This document shows positions 9,673 through 18,525 of a DNA stretch of 64,000 bases, in pieces (position 1 is the stretch's first letter; each line of letters starts with the position of its first letter). This stretch comes from a virus. The DNA is taken from positions 1 to 64,000 of IMG/VR virus record IMGVR_UViG_3300008954_003554; one strand, written 5' to 3'. The position numbers and the translations under genes are program-made. Below the pieces are notes generated by a model. The model was not told where the DNA came from and did not search any database. It saw only the letters and a program-made list of their open reading frames with translations.

Positions 9673-9872
9673 AAATTAAGGAATTTACTGTAGGAGACTT
9701 GGTTTCAATTCGGCCAGGACCCGGTGAGATGTCTTGCGGAATAGTAGTTCGAAACGGCAGGTGTAGCATGTATGACCCGTCAACACCAGGCAGATCCTTC
9801 TATGTCTACTCCGTTTTGGTTGAAGGAGATGTTCAGTATGTTCCAGAAGATTACATGACCTTGCAAGAATGA
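9669..9872 (+). CDS. Small KOW/SH3-like protein
   Basis: FTVGDLVSI...GIVV...YSVLV. Confidence 0.55.
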   Translation: MKIKEFTVGDLVSIRPGPGEMSCGIVVRNGRCSMYDPSTPGRSFYVYSVLVEGDVQYVPEDYMTLQE

Positions 9873-10243
9873 AAAAGACAAGATACAAACCAGGAGACAT
9901 TGTTCTTGTCAAGTCTCCGGCTGGAGACTGCATCCCTAGAATTCACGTCAAACTTTTAAAAAGAGTTGTAGTGAAACCCCGGCCAGGGAAAAAAATCGGG
10001 ATAAGAACTTCAATCGACTGGCCCGGATACGCTGGCTGGGAGGCAACCCCCGTGTTTCAGGAAGAGATTGATGTACTTAGAAAAGTGTGGTCAATTCCTT
10101 TTACAACTCCCGGTAAAGACGAGACCTGGGTATACGAAGAAAATATTATTAAAAAGCCTAGAAACCCCAAGCCTAATATTAAAAAGAAGTCAAAAAGGAG
10201 GGGGTCAGCTGTATTAAGAAAAAAATCTACAAAGAGATCATAA
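9869..10243 (+). CDS. KOW-like protein with basic tail
   Basis: YKPGDIVLV; K/R-rich C-terminus. Confidence 0.5.
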   Translation: MKKTRYKPGDIVLVKSPAGDCIPRIHVKLLKRVVVKPRPGKKIGIRTSIDWPGYAGWEATPVFQEEIDVLRKVWSIPFTTPGKDETWVYEENIIKKPRNPKPNIKKKSKRRGSAVLRKKSTKRS

Positions 10244-10271
10244 TTATCTGGTAATCTCTGATCAGGTATCA

Positions 10272-10505
10272 ATGATAAAAAAACCTCTAAGATATGAACC
10301 CGGTGACTTATGCCTCCTGCTAAGTGCAGTTACAGGAGAAGTATTGTCAGGATCGAGTTCTGTGTTAATACTTGAAGAGAAAATTGGTTACGCTAACGCT
10401 CCGGGATATTCTCATAAGCCTGGGTATGTGTATACTATTCTATGGGATTCGAAAATAGAAGAAAGAATATCACCCGAATGGCTTACCCTTTTTGTTAAAT
10501 TGTAA
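10272..10505 (+). CDS. Small KOW/SH3-like protein
   Basis: YEPGDL...YTILW. Confidence 0.5.
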   Translation: MIKKPLRYEPGDLCLLLSAVTGEVLSGSSSVLILEEKIGYANAPGYSHKPGYVYTILWDSKIEERISPEWLTLFVKL

Positions 10506-10534
10506 ATTTTCATTTGTTTTGTTATAATTCAAAT

Positions 10535-10771
10535 ATGGAAATGCATAAAGAAAAATACGAAGAGTTGTTGCTTCGTTTTGCAAAAGAACTGCACGAAGTG
10601 GGTGTAACTGAAAATGTTAAGAAGCTCATCGAAAGCAAGTATACAAGAACTCCCAACATTGCTTCTGCGGGTGCCGATGAGAATACACGTAAATTTACGT
10701 ATCGTCACAATGGATACGAAATTGAAGCAGTCCAAAACGTCAAGCTTACTATAAAAAAGGTATCACAGTGA
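10535..10771 (+). CDS. Hypothetical protein (probably leaderless mRNA)
   Basis: TTGTAA-N17-TATAAT at 10500-10528 with the ATG just downstream. Confidence 0.5.
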   Translation: MEMHKEKYEELLLRFAKELHEVGVTENVKKLIESKYTRTPNIASAGADENTRKFTYRHNGYEIEAVQNVKLTIKKVSQ

Positions 10772-11346
10772 AACAGGTTTGGTTATATGAAGACTGGAGA
10801 GATATAACCATAAGGGATATGAGGGAAGCTTTTGTAGAGAGATCTCGTAAATCTCCCAGGCTTGGTGATCTAAAAGTATTTGACCTTTGCTGCCTTGCCT
10901 GTGAGCAATCTTCTCCCGTGGGCCTCTACGCATTTACTAGAGATACTGATGTCCTGTACGTCGGGAAAACTCACGGGAGATCTTTGCAAGAAAGAATGAT
11001 ATCACATATTGACAACAGGAAGCCTGCTGAAGGCTCTCCCCATCTTGCCCAGCTTGTTTCAACCCTTGTTAAATCGAACGGGTGCAGCAATGAAAGTGAA
11101 GCTGTGTTTCATATTCTCAATATGAAGGTTACGTGGCTTCCGGTACCTTCGGGTAAAGAATCACTAGAGATTTTAAAGAAATCAATAGCCCTGATCGAAA
11201 GAAGACTTTTATGGAAACAATGCTTAGATCCCATTTATAATTCGCCTAGGGTGAAGAGGAATAATTCATTTACTATCAAGGGAAAGCGATATCATCTTTC
11301 AGAATCTGATTTAGTAGGAGAGTTAGTTAAAAATGAGATTGTTTAG
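10768..11346 (+). CDS. GIY-YIG nuclease-like protein
   Basis: VGLYAF...VLYVGKT...LQERM..H...IER...P.YN. Confidence 0.7.
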   Translation: MKQVWLYEDWRDITIRDMREAFVERSRKSPRLGDLKVFDLCCLACEQSSPVGLYAFTRDTDVLYVGKTHGRSLQERMISHIDNRKPAEGSPHLAQLVSTLVKSNGCSNESEAVFHILNMKVTWLPVPSGKESLEILKKSIALIERRLLWKQCLDPIYNSPRVKRNNSFTIKGKRYHLSESDLVGELVKNEIV

Positions 11347-11635
11347 GTGGATTAAAAATAGGCTTAGGCATAAGCTACAACACTTGAAATGGTCAACTAT
11401 TAAATCGACAATGAGAGAGCACGGTCTCTCTCTTGTGGTAATTATAATTGCTTGGGAAATCATTGAAGATATTTTATTCCCTCTGCTTTTTATATTTCTT
11501 GGAAATCATATTCATCCCATCTTTTATGCTGGTGTGCCCGGTGCATGGTTGCTATGTGTACATTGGCTTGCTGTTCCTTTGATTTGGAAATGGTGGATTA
11601 AAATTCGTGGTGAGAAAAATGTTGAACCTGAGTAG
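11333..11635 (+). CDS. Hypothetical membrane protein
   Basis: Hydrophobic helices. Confidence 0.5.
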   Translation: MRLFRWIKNRLRHKLQHLKWSTIKSTMREHGLSLVVIIIAWEIIEDILFPLLFIFLGNHIHPIFYAGVPGAWLLCVHWLAVPLIWKWWIKIRGEKNVEPE

Positions 11636-11706
11636 TGCTGGCTTAGCAGTGATTTCTATTTTGCTGTATGCAGGTATTTTATTTTTACGAGAGAGGATTG
11701 AAAAAA

Positions 11707-12138
11707 ATGAAGACAGTTGACAAGAAGAAAAGAAATTGGGCAAAAAATAGAGAGATTCTTAAGTCTATTCCGAACCCAAGCAAAGAAGCATATGAAATTA
11801 AGATGAAAATTCCCGAACTCACGTTTGAAGGAGTCAGGGGACAGCCTGACTTTGCAAAGCTTTATATTACCTTTTATCCCGGAGATAAGGTTATTGAATT
11901 GAAATCTCTTAAGGAATATTTCTTTGCATTTCGTAGCCAGCTATATTCGTATGAAAGAGTTATAAATGTGATTTATGACGATATGGTAGCTGCGTATGAG
12001 CCCTCTAGGTTGCGCTTGGTCATGACATGCAATCCAAGAGGGGGAATATCATCTAAGCTGACAGTGGATTCAGATTGGGTTGCAAGAGGCGGAGAAGATA
12101 CATTCAGAGATTGGGTCGGCCAGTCAGATGAATGGTAA
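11707..12138 (+). CDS. queF: QueF (preQ0 reductase) T-fold homolog, catalytic Cys absent
   Basis: PNP..YEI...PELT....GQPDFA, ELKSLKEY, SYE, PRGGI. Confidence 0.75.
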   Translation: MKTVDKKKRNWAKNREILKSIPNPSKEAYEIKMKIPELTFEGVRGQPDFAKLYITFYPGDKVIELKSLKEYFFAFRSQLYSYERVINVIYDDMVAAYEPSRLRLVMTCNPRGGISSKLTVDSDWVARGGEDTFRDWVGQSDEW

Positions 12139-12334
12139 GAGTGTTCATGAATGGAATGTGATAGTTGTCAATGAATACGGGTTTCCAAGAAAACCAGCTG
12201 AAGAGTTTCAGGTATTTTCAAAATCCCTGATGGGTGCCTCGATACATGCGAAGAATAAAATCAAAAAAGATTTCCCAGGGTGGAAAGTTAAATCAATATG
12301 GTGGATGGATCCCAATAGAATTAGGAGAGAATAA
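12128..12334 (+). CDS. Hypothetical protein
   Basis: Overlaps the QueF stop. Confidence 0.45.
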   Translation: MNGKSVHEWNVIVVNEYGFPRKPAEEFQVFSKSLMGASIHAKNKIKKDFPGWKVKSIWWMDPNRIRRE

Positions 12335-12395
12335 TGTGAAATTAATACTAATTAAGAGTTTATCTTTTGTAATTCTTCTTGTTTCTTGTACGTGG

Positions 12396-12716
12396 TTATC
12401 TCTGTTTCTCGGAAACATGATCACTTTCTGACAGGGTTTGAATAACCGCCAGATCACAGGCAAACTCCTCCGACAGCCCGGTCTCCGGACTGTTCCACTT
12501 TTCCTCAGACCATCTCACGTAGATTACTTCAAGAAGTGATTGCGTCTCCGGGTCATCTCCGATTGTTTTTGAAGCTATCTCAACTATGACTCCAATTGGT
12601 CTTTTATCATGAGGAATGACTCTTCTTGATGGAACCCTAGCTGGTGGGTTTGTTTCGAATCTCACTAGATCACCCGCTTTCACTTGCCCCCTTTCTGATA
12701 AAGTTAGTAGACTCAA
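12396..12716 (-). CDS. KOW/SH3-like protein on the minus strand
   Basis: VKAGDLVRF...IGVIVE...YVRW. Confidence 0.55.
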   Translation of the reverse strand: MSLLTLSERGQVKAGDLVRFETNPPARVPSRRVIPHDKRPIGVIVEIASKTIGDDPETQSLLEVIYVRWSEEKWNSPETGLSEEFACDLAVIQTLSESDHVSEKQR

Positions 12717-12752
12717 ATACTTATTTAAGTCTCATCGCTTGAGGGGAGTAAA

Positions 12753-13382
12753 GTGAAAAAGTTTTTAATCTTTCTTTTTTGTATCTTGTTTTTTTCTGGA
12801 GAGGTGAGGTCTGAAACGCCTATACACATTCCCCTAATTAATCCAGAAGATACTGAGGCACTACCTGCTAGAGTTCAGGATGCTGCACTTTTTAATAGGA
12901 GGCCTTTTATAACATCTTACTGGACCATTCCACCCTCTATTAGAATATGTCAATCATCTGGTGTGACAGAGGAGAGGCTGGAAAGTGCAGCTAATTTTTG
13001 GAGGAGGCTTGGGTATACTATCGGAAATGTCTTTGTGGACGAGGGCTCTAGTGCTTGCATGTCCGGAGGGTTGACCGGAGAGATTACAATTCTTCTGGTC
13101 AATGCTGATGTTCCAATGGGAGATAACATAGCTCTTACAAAAACGTATTATTACACAAGCTCTAGACAAATTATTAGATCACAAATCTATATAAATTCTT
13201 ATGCTGCTGACAAAGAAAGAGTGTTAGAGCATGAGATAGGTCATGCCCTGGGGTGGATGCATTACAATAGGAGTTATCATATCATGCATAGGGAGTATAG
13301 AAGGGGTGGTCATAATATAACTGGCTTGAGATATAGTGAATATCTTTCTCAATCCGAAAGAATAAATCAGCAAGATGATTAA
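12753..13382 (+). CDS. Secreted matrixin-like (metzincin) zinc protease
   Basis: Signal peptide; HEIGHALGWMH plus Met-turn HIM. Confidence 0.85.
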   Translation: MKKFLIFLFCILFFSGEVRSETPIHIPLINPEDTEALPARVQDAALFNRRPFITSYWTIPPSIRICQSSGVTEERLESAANFWRRLGYTIGNVFVDEGSSACMSGGLTGEITILLVNADVPMGDNIALTKTYYYTSSRQIIRSQIYINSYAADKERVLEHEIGHALGWMHYNRSYHIMHREYRRGGHNITGLRYSEYLSQSERINQQDD

Positions 13383-13440
13383 AATCGCTGTCAAGAGTAA
13401 TATTTAATAATTGATCAGGTATACCTGATGAGCGCATACA

Positions 13441-13635
13441 ATGAAAATTAATTGTCGACATCTTAGAGACTATAACATATCGTGGATTGATCACCACAAG
13501 AGGGCTGTAAAGTGGGCATGGACTATGCAAAAAGCTACGATATGCCTGACTATTCACTCAATTCTCCCCTGGGCTTTTGAATCTTACGCATCCGCTAGAG
13601 TTCACGAGATATCGAAAGAAATGAGAGTACAGTGA
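13441..13635 (+). CDS. DUF6356-like small protein
   Basis: HLR...SW..H...A...IHSILPW.F..AS. Confidence 0.5.
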   Translation: MKINCRHLRDYNISWIDHHKRAVKWAWTMQKATICLTIHSILPWAFESYASARVHEISKEMRVQ

Positions 13636-14222
13636 GAGTTACATACAGACAGCTAAGACAAATTATTAGAGAGGCTCTAGAGAAGCCTCTCCCCACGGGT
13701 GCGTGGGAGTTTACAGAAGAAGAAAGAGAAGATCTCCGGTCCATCGGTGATTGGGTTCTTCCTGCAGAGTATGAAAATATCCAAATTGATATGAAGGATA
13801 GTGAGATTCCCAAGGTTAAGAAAAAAATAATATCAGCCCTAGAGCTTCTTTCTAAAAAAGCCAGGCCGGAATTTGAGATAGTTCGAAATAATCTAAAAAA
13901 GATAACGTCTGGTGAAAAAAGCGGGATCGACATAAGAAACAAAAAATTCTCTGTATCTGATGTTTCTATTTTAGATCAGACGACCGAGTGGCTTGCAAGC
14001 ATAATTTATCATGATGCATATCATGTTGAGCAAGGTGAGAAGGGCTGGCATAAAAAAGATAGAGAGACACCTGCAAATCTTAAGCAGCTAGATCTCCTAA
14101 GAAAGCTCGGAGCTGACAATGAAATTGCCCATCTCGCGGCTGTTATAAAAGCAGGCGACCACTCAGACCTTGATGGAGATGGAGACTTTGATATGGACGA
14201 TTATAATTTAAGGACTTATTAA
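13632..14222 (+). CDS. MKIT-leader protein with HDxxH metalloprotease-like segment and C-terminal EF-hand-like loop
   Basis: MRVTYRQLRQIIRE; IYHDAYH...RE..A; DLDGDGDFDMDD. Confidence 0.6.
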   Translation: MRVTYRQLRQIIREALEKPLPTGAWEFTEEEREDLRSIGDWVLPAEYENIQIDMKDSEIPKVKKKIISALELLSKKARPEFEIVRNNLKKITSGEKSGIDIRNKKFSVSDVSILDQTTEWLASIIYHDAYHVEQGEKGWHKKDRETPANLKQLDLLRKLGADNEIAHLAAVIKAGDHSDLDGDGDFDMDDYNLRTY

Positions 14223-14223
14223 A

Positions 14224-14982
14224 ATGAAAATCACACGTAGACAATTAAGACAGATCATCAAGGAAGAGCTAAGCAGGCTAGATGAGAGTATGAGCGTGGA
14301 CACCATGGAGGCTCTTGAAAATGCTGTAAAGAGCGGCAACAGGGAAGAACTTAATCGTGTCTTAAAGATTGCGTATGAGGAAGGAATGCGCTCTTACTCT
14401 CCGGACCAAAGAGTCATAGGAATCCCTGGCAAGACAGGGGATCGACCTGTGGATCCTGATCCACACGCTGAGGTTGTCAACACACTTGTATCTCTTGTGA
14501 AAAGCATGCAAGATGACACAGACAGTGATCGTGTCGAGAAGCTAGACCCTGATCTTCTGAAAGGCGCGTATGTATCTTCAAAAGAAGATCGGGAGGCTAT
14601 GAAAGATTACATTGCTAAGTTAAAGGCGAAGAAAAAGTCTATGGACACCGACGGTGACGGTGCTCTCGACGCAGATGAACTGAGAGCTATCGCTGACGAT
14701 CTAGAAGGAGAAGGCCAGGATCCTCCTAAAAGCTTTAGTGTTCCATACAGAAGCTCCGGCTATCAAGGTAGGCGTATCATCTCACGTGACAGGGCGTGGC
14801 TTGAGTTTGTACCCAAGGGAAACCCGTCCCGGACTCCGGAAGACATGTTTAGAGAAGTTACCCTACTCAAGAACTGGGATCCAGAGATTCAAAAGGCTCT
14901 AGACGCCTCCGATCATGACCTCTCGAGAGGCGATATAGATCAGTACGACGTTTACAGCGTGTACGCAACGACAACAGGATAA
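14224..14982 (+). CDS. MKIT-leader protein
   Basis: MKITRRQLRQIIKEELSRLDE; DTDGDGALDADEL. Confidence 0.7.
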   Translation: MKITRRQLRQIIKEELSRLDESMSVDTMEALENAVKSGNREELNRVLKIAYEEGMRSYSPDQRVIGIPGKTGDRPVDPDPHAEVVNTLVSLVKSMQDDTDSDRVEKLDPDLLKGAYVSSKEDREAMKDYIAKLKAKKKSMDTDGDGALDADELRAIADDLEGEGQDPPKSFSVPYRSSGYQGRRIISRDRAWLEFVPKGNPSRTPEDMFREVTLLKNWDPEIQKALDASDHDLSRGDIDQYDVYSVYATTTG

Positions 14983-14985
14983 ACA

Positions 14986-15327
14986 GTGAAAATCACACGC
15001 AGACAACTAAAGAGAATCATTAAGGAGGAACTGGATTTACTAAATGAAGGGCAGTCTCTTGGACTTACAGTTCGTCAAGACTTAGAAGACTTTGACCAGC
15101 TGGGAGATCCCAGTAGGGACGTTTTCTCAAATGCTCACTCCGAGATGTCAGAGCTTATTTGTGATCTTCAGAGTAAAAACGATGAAGCCGGATTAAAAGA
15201 TGTCAGGTCCGACTGGGAACATACTATCAATACACACCATAACAGGGGAGCCGGTGAGCTTAGTGATGCAACAAGACAAGCAGCACACGAAGCACTTGAT
15301 ATCCTCTTTTCTACGCAGTGCGGATAA
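14986..15327 (+). CDS. MKIT-leader protein
   Basis: MKITRRQLKRIIKEELDLLNE. Confidence 0.7.
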   Translation: MKITRRQLKRIIKEELDLLNEGQSLGLTVRQDLEDFDQLGDPSRDVFSNAHSEMSELICDLQSKNDEAGLKDVRSDWEHTINTHHNRGAGELSDATRQAAHEALDILFSTQCG

Positions 15328-15339
15328 AAGGAGACTAAA

Positions 15340-16044
15340 ATGAAAATCACACGCAAACAATTAAGACAGATTATTGAGGAGACGGCGGGTCCCGAAGGGG
15401 CTGATGATTTTGCAATACCCCAGCTTTCAGCCCATGATTTAAAGCTTAGGGCAAGTACAGACCATGTTCTCGATCTTCGTCGTAAGATGCAAAACGTGAA
15501 ATGGATGAGTCCAGAGTGGAAACGGATGCATGATGAGGTAAAAGAAATACAAGCTTCATACACAGATGTTGAGACAACCGCTACACACCCACTTGATGTG
15601 GATGGCGATGGTAAGTTGACAATATCTGAAATGAAAATCACACGTGGACAATTAAGACAAATCATCAAAGAGGAAAGATCCAAACTTCTCTCAGAAGGTG
15701 TCACTAGCGAAGCAGCAAGAATAGGAAGAGAGTTGAACAACATACCAAGTCAGGCAATGCGCGCTGTTGGCGGTGATTTTTCAAAGCTTAATGACGCAGT
15801 TAATAAAGCTCAAGAAAAAATATTTGTTGACATCTTTCTGTCATACATGGATCAGAATCTTGCAAAGATGGATCAGCGGTATGGTCTCTCACCGGGTCAA
15901 GCGCATGACGTTGCAGACAGGGCAAGGGCTAGATATCAGGATATGCTTAGCAATATGGGAGCCATCTCTACAGAGATTGGAGAGGCGATCAAGCCATTCA
16001 TGAGGCTACTTGGGAAGTATTCTGAGGACATGGAGTTGGGATAG
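15340..16044 (+). CDS. Tandem MKIT-leader protein (second in-frame leader at 15631)
   Basis: MKITRKQLRQIIEE ... SE-MKITRGQLRQIIKEE. Confidence 0.7.
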   Translation: MKITRKQLRQIIEETAGPEGADDFAIPQLSAHDLKLRASTDHVLDLRRKMQNVKWMSPEWKRMHDEVKEIQASYTDVETTATHPLDVDGDGKLTISEMKITRGQLRQIIKEERSKLLSEGVTSEAARIGRELNNIPSQAMRAVGGDFSKLNDAVNKAQEKIFVDIFLSYMDQNLAKMDQRYGLSPGQAHDVADRARARYQDMLSNMGAISTEIGEAIKPFMRLLGKYSEDMELG

Positions 16045-16045
16045 A

Positions 16046-16426
16046 ATGAAAATCACACGCAGACAATTAAGACAGATCATACAAGAAGAGCTGGGAAGAC
16101 TTAATGAAGGTCCTAAACCAGAAGGGTACATAAAAACTGTTAATGTCGGAAAAGATGGAAAAACAATAGATGACGTTCGTAATGGCTTAAAAAATCCAGC
16201 CTACGTCGACAGACTATTCATCCACGCGACATCTAAGCGCCCATCAGGACAATTCTTTATTGCTTCGCTAGAGTCGCTGGGCGGCATAGAACATCATCAC
16301 AGCCAGGAAGGAAAGGATGAGCTCAAGAAACTTGCTAAAGAGAAGGGCCTCGCCGGCAAGATCATGCACCTTGACAGTGTTCTTATTGATGGAAAACCAT
16401 CAGTAGTAGTAATTGAGTTATTGTAG
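16046..16426 (+). CDS. MKIT-leader protein
   Basis: MKITRRQLRQIIQEELGRLNE. Confidence 0.7.
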   Translation: MKITRRQLRQIIQEELGRLNEGPKPEGYIKTVNVGKDGKTIDDVRNGLKNPAYVDRLFIHATSKRPSGQFFIASLESLGGIEHHHSQEGKDELKKLAKEKGLAGKIMHLDSVLIDGKPSVVVIELL

Positions 16427-16434
16427 GATAAAAA

Positions 16435-17391
16435 ATGAAAATCACACGCAAACATTTAATAAGGATAATCAAGGAAGAGCTTCTAAGAGAGCAGTATCAA
16501 CCTCATGAGCCCGGGATTAGAACTGATGAAGACGGTCTAGCCAGGTCTTACGGAAGAAGGGTTGCTGACAACGTTTATATGCATGATAATGTGGACAGAG
16601 ACGGAAGTAAATATTTCGAAAGCCCCGGTGCGATGACCGGTGTGCCAGACGCTGTGCTTATCCTTACGGGATCCGGCACAGAAAGAATAAGGCCTGAGCC
16701 CACGCCTAAGCCTGAGCCCATGCCCGAGCCGGCATCTGATCCGTCGCCCACACCTGAGCCTGAACCTGAGACTCAGACCCAATACCAGCCTCGGTCATGG
16801 ACCGACGACGAATCCGTTACTAAGAGCTCTATTAAGTCTCGATGGTTTCCAAAGTTCGCCAAAACTGATACAACTTCATCACCAAACGGAAGCTATGTAG
16901 ATCTCGTTGATAATGATGGTGACGGGCCATGGTACGTCACACCTGGAATGGGAGGATTAGATCAGAGTCACTTCGACAGAGATGGATGGGTCTGGTGGAA
17001 GATGACCAAGAAGGGAATATATTACACACCCAAAAAGCCAGGAGGAAGAGTTGGAGACTGGGATGACAGCGGAGATTCAGATATTGCATATGCCCCTATG
17101 GAAATTAGTGCTGATCTACCTGGGGGATACAGTATCAAAAATTTTAACCTTGATAACATGTTCTATAGATTTGGCGGGAAGACCGGACTTGGCTTAGAGG
17201 GTGATATCAATCTCGTCGGATCGGGCCTTCGACCGGACGTCAGTAGGTCTAATAGGCAAATGAATCAGCTTACTGACTGGGGTACCTTGCGGACATTTCT
17301 TAGCAGACTCTTTAGAACCGGTTCATCATCATTGACATTAAATATTGACACAACTATAGGGGACGTCCCCATAACTCTTTCAGTAGGATAG
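16435..17391 (+). CDS. MKIT-leader protein, QYQP subtype, Pro/Glu linker
   Basis: MKITRKHLIRIIKEELLRE-QYQP; PEP repeats; C-terminus DVPITLSVG similar to 20741. Confidence 0.7.
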   Translation: MKITRKHLIRIIKEELLREQYQPHEPGIRTDEDGLARSYGRRVADNVYMHDNVDRDGSKYFESPGAMTGVPDAVLILTGSGTERIRPEPTPKPEPMPEPASDPSPTPEPEPETQTQYQPRSWTDDESVTKSSIKSRWFPKFAKTDTTSSPNGSYVDLVDNDGDGPWYVTPGMGGLDQSHFDRDGWVWWKMTKKGIYYTPKKPGGRVGDWDDSGDSDIAYAPMEISADLPGGYSIKNFNLDNMFYRFGGKTGLGLEGDINLVGSGLRPDVSRSNRQMNQLTDWGTLRTFLSRLFRTGSSSLTLNIDTTIGDVPITLSVG

Positions 17392-17395
17392 ATAG

Positions 17396-17935
17396 ATGAA
17401 AATCACTCGTAGACATCTAAGACAGATTATCAGAGAAGAATTAATTAGAGAGGCAGATCCGGATACCGATGCTGATGATGCAGCTGAGCTGAGAGATATT
17501 GCAGATGATCTTGAAACACAAAGCTTGGACCCGGTCGTCGATAGCTGGATTAAATTTGTTGATAGAAACTCTGATATAAAGGACACTCTGCTTTCCGCGT
17601 GGGAAAAGATGACTACAGGTACCTCTGATCCCTGGGAGGTAGCTAGTGAAGTCGGCGAGGCTATTGGCCTCCCGTGGATCGAAAAGGGCCAGTTCTATTT
17701 GCCTGACAGGGGTAGTAAAGAAGAGGGTCTGTCTAGCGTTCGAACGGGAGTTTTATGGCATGCAAAGAAGATGAGACCTGGGAAGAAGTATCTCAATAGA
17801 GGTGAGATTGAACAAGAGCTTGAGAGGCGAAAATCTGATCGAGACACAGCCAGATCAGCAATGAAACCTGCGCCCTTAAGTAAAAAACCCTATGGGGGCG
17901 GTTCTCGTTATAGACCCTGGGGTCGGTCAACCTAA
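17396..17935 (+). CDS. MKIT-leader protein
   Basis: MKITRRHLRQIIREELIRE-ADPDTDADDAAELRDIADDLE. Confidence 0.7.
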   Translation: MKITRRHLRQIIREELIREADPDTDADDAAELRDIADDLETQSLDPVVDSWIKFVDRNSDIKDTLLSAWEKMTTGTSDPWEVASEVGEAIGLPWIEKGQFYLPDRGSKEEGLSSVRTGVLWHAKKMRPGKKYLNRGEIEQELERRKSDRDTARSAMKPAPLSKKPYGGGSRYRPWGRST

Positions 17936-18110
17936 GCAAGAAAGATGAATCTTACACCAGCCCAACTAAGAGAGATAGTCATTCTTACTTTAAAAGGCAA
18001 GACTGAAGAGAGAGATCAGTTTATAAGAGAGCTTAGAAAAAGATTTGAACATTCACAAAAATATCTAAATGAGAAAACAAGAAAGAAAAAATATGTAAAA
18101 TAGGATTGCA

Positions 18111-18503
18111 ATGGAACTTATCTCGACACATTTTTGTAAAGCTGCGAACGTTGGATATCATGGAAATCTTTTTGGAGGAACTATGCTCGGATGGCTTGAT
18201 GAAGCCGGAGCGATATTTGCGTGTGAGGCATGTGACACTCCGAGAATGGTGACAAAAAAAATCACTGAGGTTGTATTCAATAAGCCAGTTCGACCAGGAC
18301 AAATTATAAAAATATACGGTGAAGTGGTGGGGGTTGGAAACAGGTCGATTACAGTTAGGCTAGAAGCCAGACGACACAGCGTGTACAATGGCTCTCAGCG
18401 CACTGTCCTGACTACAGATATGACTTTTGTAAGAATTGACGGTGACGGTGAGCCTATTCCTATTAGTGATAAAGTAAAATCTAAATATAGTGATTTATCG
18501 TAA
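18111..18503 (+). CDS. Acyl-CoA thioesterase (hotdog fold, YciA-like)
   Basis: HGNLFGGTMLGWLDEAG, VT....V.F.KPV..G, VGNRSITV, MTFVRID..G.P. Confidence 0.88.
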   Translation: MELISTHFCKAANVGYHGNLFGGTMLGWLDEAGAIFACEACDTPRMVTKKITEVVFNKPVRPGQIIKIYGEVVGVGNRSITVRLEARRHSVYNGSQRTVLTTDMTFVRIDGDGEPIPISDKVKSKYSDLS

Positions 18504-18525
18504 TATTTATCTACAGGGACAATTG

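Noticed and set aside
15168-15743. Minus-strand 191-aa ORF and similar ones (20762-21229, 52174-52635, 53290-53841)
   Set aside because: They overlap well-supported + strand genes and mirror their codons
16690-16775. CCTGAG-type tandem repeats
   Set aside because: Explained by a Pro/Glu low-complexity linker in the encoded protein
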